Part shown: positions 56,201 through 64,000 of the stretch, piece after piece
Position numbering within the stretch: the stretch's first letter is position 1
Layout: each line of letters begins with the position of its first letter
From: Utricularia gibba
Taxonomy: Eukaryota > Plantae > Magnoliophyta
Direction of reading: 5' to 3'
NCBI GenBank assembly: GCA_002189035.1
Contig: NEEC01000163.1
Location: 1-64,000, forward strand
Length of the DNA: 64,000 nucleotides
The notes under the pieces: generated by a model
Database searches by the model: none
What the model was told of the DNA's origin: nothing
What the model saw: the letters and a program-made list of their open reading frames with translations, nothing else
Translations under genes and position numbers: made by a program

Positions 56201-57696
56201 TTATGCGAAAACTAATCTCGGCTTGCGAAACACGCGTGATTCGTTAATATATGTCAAAATCTTGAATTTCGCGGCATTCTCATGCGTTTCTCCGAGTGTG
56301 CTCGGGCCCTGGGAATTCCTACATTAAGGGGTGGCCTCGCGCAGCCTTCGCAATTGACGCCACACGTCCAAACCGTTTAGAGTCACGCGACACACAGCAT
56401 ACCGTTTCGAAGCTCATTCTGAGACGTCGTTTTTCGTGTTGGAAGTTGCCCATCCGAAAGTTCGAAGCTCGAAGGATGGCCCTATATAAGCCTTGAATGG
56501 TGTCACAAAATGGCCTAGCCATTGGGGACGTTGGGACTCGTTTGCTCGTTTTTATGCGAAAATTGTTCTCGGCTTGCGAAACACGCGTGATTCGTTAATA
56601 TATGTCAAAATCTTGAATTTCGCGGCATTCTCATGCGTTTCTCCGAGTGTGCTCGGGCCCTGGGAATTCCTACATTAAGGGGTGGCCCTCGCGCAGCCTT
56701 CGCCATTGACGCCACATCGTCCAAACCGTTTAGAGTCACGCGACACACAGCATACCGTTTCGAAGCTCATTCCGAGACGGTCGTTTTTCGTGTTGGGAGT
56801 TCGCCCATCCGAGGAAAGTTCGAAGCTCGACGGGATGGCCCTATATAAGCCTTGAATGGTGTCACAAAATGGCTAGCCATTGGGGACGTTGCGACTCCTT
56901 TGCTCGTTTTTATGCGAAAATTATTCTCGGCTTGCGAAACACGCGTGATTCGTTAATATATGTCAAAAATTGAATTTCGCGGCATTCTCATGCGTTTCTA
57001 GTGTGCTCGGGCCCTGGGAATTCCTACATTAAGGGGTGGCCTCGCGCAGCCTTCGCCATTGACGCCACATCGTCCAAACCGTTTAGAGTCACGCGACACA
57101 CAGCATACCGTTTCGAAGCTCATTCTGAGACGATCGTTTTTCGTGTTGGGAGTTCGCCCATCCGAGGAAAGTTCGAAGCTCGACGGATGGCCCTATATAA
57201 GCCTTGAATGGTGTCACAAAATGGCCTAGCCATTGGGGACGTTGGGACTCGTTTGCTCGTTTTTATGCGAAAATAATTCTCGGCTTGCGAAACACGCGTG
57301 ATTCGTTAATATATGTCAAAATCTTGAATTTCGCGGCATTCTCATGCGTTTCTCCGGTGTGCTCGGGCCCTGGGACTTCCTACACCAAGGGGTGGCCTCG
57401 CGCAGCCCTTCGCCATTGACGCCACGTCCAAAAACCGTTTAGAGTCACGCGACACACAGCATACCGTTTCGAAGCTCATTCCGAGACGGTCGTTTTTCGT
57501 GTTGGGAGCTTGCCCATCCGAAAGTTCGAAGCTCGAAGGATGGCCCTATATAAGCCTTGAATGGTGTCACAAAATGGTCTAGCCATTGGGGACGTTGGGA
57601 CTCGTTTGCTCGTTTTTATGCGAAAATTGTTCTCGGCTTGCGAAACACGCGTGATTCGTTAATATATGTCAAAATCTTGAATTTCGCGGCATTCTC

Positions 57697-60512
57697 ATGC
57701 GTTTCTCCGAGTGTGCTCGGGCCCTGGGAATTCCTACATTAAGGGGTGGCCTCGCGCAGCCTTCGCCATTGACGCCACATCGTCCAAACCGTTTAGAGTC
57801 ACGCGACACACAGCATACCGTTTCGAAGCTCATTCCGAGACGGTCGTTTTTCGTGTTGGGAGTTGCCCATCCGAGGAAAGTTCGAAGCTCGAAGGATGGC
57901 CTTATAAGCCTTCAATGGTGTCACAAAATGGTCTAGCCATTGGGGACATTGCGACTCCTTTGCTCGTTTTTATGCGAAAATTATTCTCGGCTTGCGAAAC
58001 ACGCGTGATTCGTTAATATATGTCAAAATCTTGAATTTCGCGGCATTCTCATGCGTTTCTCGGGTGTGCTCGGGCCCTGGGAATTCCTACACCAAGGGGT
58101 GGCCTCGCGCAGCCTTCGCCATTGACGCCACATCGTCCAAACCGTTTAGAGTCACGCGACACACAGCATACCGTTTCGAAGCTCATTCTGAGACGATCGT
58201 TTTTCGTGTTGGGAGTCGCCCATCCGAGGAAAGTTCGAAGCTCGAGGATGGCCTATATAGCCTTGAATGGTGTCACAAAATGGTCTAGCCATTGGGGACG
58301 TTGCGACTCCTTTGCTCGTTTTTATGCGAAAATTTTTCTCGGCTTGCGAAACACGCGTGATTCGTTAATATATGTCAAAATCTTGAATTTCGCGGCATTC
58401 TCATGCGTTTCTCGGGTGTGCTCGGGCCCTGGGACTTCCTACACCAAGGGGTGGCCTCGCGCAGCCTTCGCCATTGACGCCACATCGTCCAAACCGTTTA
58501 GAGTCACGCGACACACAGCATACGTTTCGAAGCTCATTCTGAGACGATCGTTTTTCGTGTTGGGAGTTCGCCCATCCGAGGAAAGTTCGAAGCTCGACGG
58601 ATGGCCCTATATAAGCCTTGAATGGTGTCACAAAATGGCCTAGCCATTGGGGACGTTGCGACTCCTTTGCTCGTTTTTATGCGAAAATATTCTCGGCTTG
58701 CGAAACACGCGTGATTCGTTAATATATGTCAAAATCTTGAATTTCGCGGCATTCTCATGCGTTTCTCGGTGTGCTCGGGCCCTGGGAATTCCTACACCAA
58801 GGGGTGGCCTCGCGCAGCCTTCGCCATTGACGCCACATCTCCAAACCGTTTAGAGTCACGCGACACACAGCATACCGTTTCGAAGCTCATTCTGAGACGG
58901 TCGTTTTTCGTGTTGGGAGGCCCATCCGAGGAAAGTTCGAAGCTCGACGGATGGCCCTATATAAGCCTTGAATGGTGTCACAAAATGGCCTAGCCATTGG
59001 GACGTTGGGACTCGTTTGCTCGTTTTTATGCGAAAATTGTTCTCGGCTTGCGAAACACGCGTGATTCGTTAATATATGTCAAAATCTTGAATTTCGCGCA
59101 TTCTCATGCGTTTCTCCGAGTGTGCTCGGGCCCTGGGAATTCCTACATTAAGGGGTGGCCTCGCGCAGCCTTCGCCATTGACGCCACATCGTCCAAACCG
59201 TTTAGAGTCACGCGACACACAGCATACCGTTTCGAAGCTCATTCTGAGACGGTCGTTTTTCGTGTTGGGAGCTTGCCCATCCGAGGAAGTTCGAAGCTCG
59301 AAGGATGGCCCTATATTAGCCTTCAATGGTGTCACAAAATGGTCTAGCCATTGGGGACGTTGCGACTCCTTTGCTCGTTTTTATGCGAAAATTATTCTCG
59401 GATTGCGAAACACGCGTGATTCGTTAATATATGTCAAAATCTTGAATTTCGCGGCATTCTCATGCGTTTCTCGGTGTGCTCGGGCCCTGGGACTTCCTAC
59501 ACCAAGGGTGGCCTCGCGCAGCCTTCGCCATTGACGCCACATCGTCCAAACCGTTTAGAGTCACGCGACACACAGCATACCGTTTCGAAGCTCATTCTGA
59601 GACGATCGTTTTTCGTGTTGGAGTCGCCCATCCGAGGAAAGTTCGAAGCTCGAAGGATGGCCTATATTAGCCTTGAATGGTGTCACAAAATGGTCTAGCC
59701 ATTGGGGACGTTGCGACTCCTTTGCTCGTTTTTATGCGAAAATTTTCTCGGATTGCGAAACACGCGTGATTCGTTAATATATGTCAAAATCTTGAATTTC
59801 GCGGCATTCTCATGCGTTTCTGGGTGTGCTCGGGCCTGGGACTTCCTACACCAAGGGGTGGCCTCGCGCAGCCTTCGCCATTGACGCCACATCGTCCAAA
59901 CCGTTTAGAGTCACGCGACACACAGCATACCGTTTCGAAGCTCATTCCGAGACGGTCGTTTTTCGTGTTGGGAGTTCGCCCATCCGAGGAAAGTTCGAAG
60001 CTCGACGGATGGCCCTATATAAGCCTTGAATGGTGTCACAAAATGGCCTAGCCATTGGGGACGTTGCGACTCCTTTGCTCGTTTTTATGCGAAAATAATC
60101 TCGGCTTGCGAAACACGCGTGATTCGTTAATATATGTCAAAATCTTGAATTTCGCGGCATTCTCATGCGTTTCTCGTGTGCTCGGGCCCGGGGACTTCCT
60201 ACACCAAGGGGTGGCCTCGCGCAGCCTTCGCCATTGACGCCACATCGTCCAAACCGTTTAGAGTCACGCGACACACAGCATACCGTTTCGAAGCTCATTC
60301 TGAGACGGTCGTTTTTCGTGTTGGGAGCTTGCCCATCCGAAAAGTTCGAAGCTCGGATGGCCCTATATAAGCCTTGAATGGTGTCACAAAATGGCCTAGC
60401 CATTGGGGACGTTGCGACTCGTTTGCTCGTTTTTATGCGAAAATTATTCTCGGCTTGCGAAACACGCGTGATTCGTTAATATATGTCAAAATCTTGAATT
60501 TCGCGCATTCTC
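57697..60512 (+). repeat. Two consecutive tetrameric HOR derivatives (alpha,alpha,beta,beta), 1409 and 1407 bp
   Basis: P-class monomers at 57697, 59106 and 60513 are each four monomers apart. Confidence 0.6.
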
Positions 60513-62615
60513 ATGCGTTTCTCGAGTGTGCTCGGCCCGGGAATTCCTACATTAAGGGGTGGCCTCGCGCAGCCTTCGCCATTGACGCCACATCGTCCAA
60601 ACCGTTTAGAGTCACGCGACACACAGCATACCGTTTCGAAGCTCATTCTGAGACGCGTTTTTCGTGTTGGGAGCTTGCCCATCCGAGGAAAGTTCGAAGC
60701 TCGAAGGATGGCCCTATATAGCCTTCAATGGTGTCACAAAATGGCTAGCCATTGGGGACGTTGCGACTCCTTTGCTCGTTTTTATGCGAAAACTCGGCTT
60801 GCGAAACACGCGTGATTCGTTAATATATGTCAAAATCTTGAATTTCGCGGCATTCTCATGCGTTTCTCGGGTGTGCTCGGGCCCCGGGACTTCCTACACC
60901 AAGGGGTGGCCTCGCGCAGCCTTCGCCATTGACGCCACATCGTCCAAACCGTTTAGAGTCACGCGACACACAGCATACCGTTTCGAAGCTCATTCTGAGA
61001 CGATCGTTTTTCGTGTTGGGAGTCGCCCATCCGAGGAAAGTTCGAAGCTCGAGGATGGCCCTATATTAAGCCTTGAATGGTGTCACAAATGGTCTAGCCA
61101 TTGGGGACGTTGCGACTCCTTTGCTCGTTTTTATGCGAAAATTGTCTCGGATTGCGAAACACGCGTGATTCGTTAATATATGTCAAAATCTTGAATTTCG
61201 CGGCATTCTCATGCGTTTCTACGGGTGTGCTCGGGCCTGGGACTTCCTACACCAAGGGGTGGCCTCGCGCAGCCTGCATTGACGCCACATCGTCCAAACC
61301 GTTTAGAGTCACGCGACACACAGCATACCGTTTCGAAGCTCATTCTGAGACGATCGTTTTTCGTGTTGGGAGTCGCCCATCCGAGGAAAGTTCGAAGCTC
61401 GAAGGATGGCCCTATATAGCCTTGAATGGTGTCACAAAATGGTCTAGCCATTGGGGACATTGCGACTCCTTTGCTCGTTTTTATGCGAAAATTATTCTCG
61501 GATTGCGAAACACGCGTGATTCGTTAATATATGTCAAAATCTTGAATTTCGCGCATTCTCATGCGTTTCTCCGGTGTGCTCGGGCCTGGGAATTCCTACA
61601 AAGGGGTGGCCTCGCGCAGCCTTCGCCATTGACGCCACATCGTCCAAACCGTTTAGAGTCACGCGACACACAGCATACCGTTTCGAAGCTCATTCTGAGA
61701 CGATCGTTTTTCGTGTTGGGAGTCGCCCATCCGAGGAAAGTTCGAAGCTCGACGGATGGCCCTATATAAGCCTTGAATGGTGTCACAAAATGGCCTAGCC
61801 ATTGGGGACGTTGCGACTCCTTTGCTCGTTTTTATGCGAAAATTGTTCTCGGATTGCGAAACACGCGTGATTCGTTAATATATGTCAAAATCTGAATTTC
61901 GCGGCATTCTCATGCGTTTCTAGGTGTGCTCGGGTGGGAATTCCTACACCAAGGGGTGGCCTCGCGCAGCCTTCGCCATTGACGCCACATCGTCCAAACC
62001 GTTTAGAGTCACGCGACACACAGCATACCGTTTCGAAGCTCATTCTGAGACGATCGTTTTTCGTGTTGGGAGTCGCCCATCCGAGGAAAGTTCGAAGCTC
62101 GACGGATGGCCCTATATAAGCCTTGAATGTGTCACAAAATGGCCTAGCCATTGGGGACGTTGGGACTCGTTTGCTCGTTTTTATGCGAAAATAATCTCGG
62201 CTTGCGAAACACGCGTGATTCGTTAATATATGTCAAAATCTTGAATTTCGCGGCATTCTCATGCGTTTCTCGAGTGTGCTCGGGCCCTGGGAATTCCTAC
62301 ACCAAGGGGTGGCCTCGCGCAGCCTTCGCCATTGACGCCACATCGTCCAAACCGTTTAGAGTCACGCGACACACAGCATACCGTTTCGAAGCTCATTCTG
62401 AGACGATCGTTTTTCGTGTTGGGAGTTCGCCCATCCGAGGAAAGTTCGAAGCTCGACGGATGGCCCTATATAAGCCTTGAATGGTGTCACAAAATGGCTA
62501 GCCATTGGGGACGTTGCGACTCGTTTGCTCGTTTTTATGCGAAAATTATTCTCGGCTTGCGAAACACGCGTGATTCGTTAATATATGTCAAAATCTTGAA
62601 TTTCGCGGCATTCTC
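60513..62615 (+). repeat. Hexameric higher-order repeat unit (P-Q-R-S-T-U-like), 2103 bp
   Basis: The alpha,alpha,alpha,beta,beta,beta 3' pattern is retained; the last three monomers have hybrid 5' ends. Confidence 0.6.
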
Positions 62616-64000
62616 ATGCGTTTCTCCGAGTGTGCTCGGGCCCTGGGAATTCCTACATTAAGGGGTGGCCTCGCGCAGCCTTCGCCATTGACGCCACATC
62701 GTCCAAACCGTTTAGAGTCACGCGACACACAGCATACCGTTTCGAAGCTCATTCCGAGACGGTCGTTTTTCGTGTTGGGAGTTGCCCATCCGAGGAAAGT
62801 TCGAAGCTCGAAGGATGGCCTTATATTAGCCTTCAATGGTGTCACAAAATGGCTAGCCATTGGGGACGTTGCGACTCCTTTGCTCGTTTTTATGCGAAAA
62901 TTATTCTCGGCTTGCGAAACACGCGTGATTCGTTAATATATGTCAAAATCTTGAATTTCGCGGCATTCTCATGCGTTTCTCGGGTGTGCTCGGGCCGGGA
63001 CTTCCTACACCAAGGGGTGGCCTCGCGCAGCCTTCGCCATTGACGCCACATCGTCCAAACCGTTTAGAGTCACGCGACACACAGCATACCGTTTCGAAGC
63101 TCATTCTGAGACGGTCGTTTTTCGTGTTGGGAGTTCGCCCATCCGAGGAAAGTTCGAAGCTCGAAGGATGGCCCTATATAAGCCTTGAATGGTGTCACAA
63201 AATGGTCTAGCCATTGGGGACATTGACTCCTTTGCTCGTTTTTATGCGAAAATTATTCTCGGCTTGCGAAACACGCGTGATTCGTTAATATATGTCAAAA
63301 TCTTGAATTTCGCGGCATTCTCATGCGTTTCTCGTGTGCTCGGGCCCTGGGAATTCCTACATTAAGGGGTGGCCTCGCGCAGCCTTCGCCATTGACGCCA
63401 CATCGTCCAAACCGTTTAGAGTCACGCGACACACAGCATACCGTTTCGAAGCTCATTCCGAGACGGTCGTTTTTCGTGTTGGGAGTTCGCCCATCCGAGG
63501 AAAGTTCGAAGCTCGACGGATGGCCCTATATAAGCCTTGAATGGTGTCACAAAATGGCCTAGCCATTGGGGACGTTGCGACTCGTTTGCTCGTTTTTATG
63601 CGAAAATAATCTCGGCTTGCGAAACACGCGTGATTCGTTAATATATGTCAAAATCTTGAATTTCGCGGCATTCTCATGCGTTTCTCGTGTGCTCGGGCCC
63701 TGGGACTTCCTACACCAAGGGGTGGCCTCGCGCAGCCTTCGCCATTGACGCCACATCGTCCAAAACCGTTTAGAGTCACGCGACACACAGCATACCGTTT
63801 CGAAGCTCATTCGAGACGGTCGTTTTTTGTGTTGGGAGCGCCCATCCGAGAAAAGTTCGAAGCTCGAAGGATGGCCCTATATAAGCCTTGAATGGTGTCA
63901 CAAAATGGCCTAGCCATTGGGGACGTTGGGACTCCTTTGCTCGTTTTTATGCGAAAATTTTTCTCGGCTTGCGAAACACGCGCGTGATTCGTTAATATAT

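Larger units (their letters stand above)
1..64000 (+). repeat. Tandem satellite DNA array, ~355-bp monomer, ~182 head-to-tail copies, single orientation; probably rice TrsA/Os48-type subtelomeric satellite
   Basis: The anchor CTCATGCGTT recurs every ~305-358 bp from 100 to 63676 (about 182 anchors by manual count, mean spacing ~351 bp). Every inter-anchor segment has the same motif order. The array runs off both ends of the window. The repeat itself is certain. The TrsA/Os48 family name (confidence about 0.7) rests on monomer size, the EcoRI site in a subset of copies, and recalled reports of a 352-355 bp Oryza AA-genome repeat with 5S/tRNA and maize knob similarity. Confidence 0.99.

Noticed and set aside
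98-63891. Hundreds of 60-140 aa ORFs on both strands
   Set aside because: These are translations of a 51% GC repeat with few stops. They overlap in all frames and the frame is not conserved between copies.
1-64000. CRISPR array or programmed variable-cassette system
   Set aside because: There are no unique spacers and no associated genes. Variation is limited to shared SNPs and indels in a ~355-bp unit.
1-64000. 5S rDNA array or tRNA gene cluster
   Set aside because: There is no contiguous ~120-nt 5S sequence or cloverleaf; only short scattered words match.
1-64000. Centromeric satellite such as rice CentO (155 bp) or maize CentC
   Set aside because: The period is ~355 bp with no clear 155-bp sub-period; any resemblance is limited to short words.
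40162-64000. V-type monomer restricted to the distal part of the window
   Set aside because: V-like monomers also occur at 3245, 6386 and 13764, so a strict domain boundary is not supported.

Overview
The whole 64 kb window is one uninterrupted head-to-tail satellite DNA array. It has about 182 copies of a ~355-bp monomer (cleanest copies 354-358 bp, mean spacing ~351 bp, ~51% GC, CpG-rich), all in one orientation. I saw no unique sequence, gene, transposon insertion, inversion, telomere tract or CRISPR array. Monomer length, the polymorphic EcoRI site, and short similarities to plant 5S rRNA, tRNA promoter boxes and the maize knob repeat fit the rice AA-genome subtelomeric satellite TrsA/Os48. 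That assignment comes from recalled literature, not a database search. All ORFs in the track are translations of the monomer and are rejected as genes. I found no novel protein-coding system. The main hidden structure is in the linked variants between monomers. Six monomer classes (P,Q,R,S,T,U) form a ~2.12-kb hexameric higher-order repeat (HOR) built from two diverged trimers. There are also 5-mer and 4-mer derivatives, a 10-monomer block seen three times, and a probable ~7.4-kb (21-monomer) tandem duplication. Monomers were classified by eye. Frequent small deletions suggest noisy long-read consensus, so fine details need confirmation with accurate reads.
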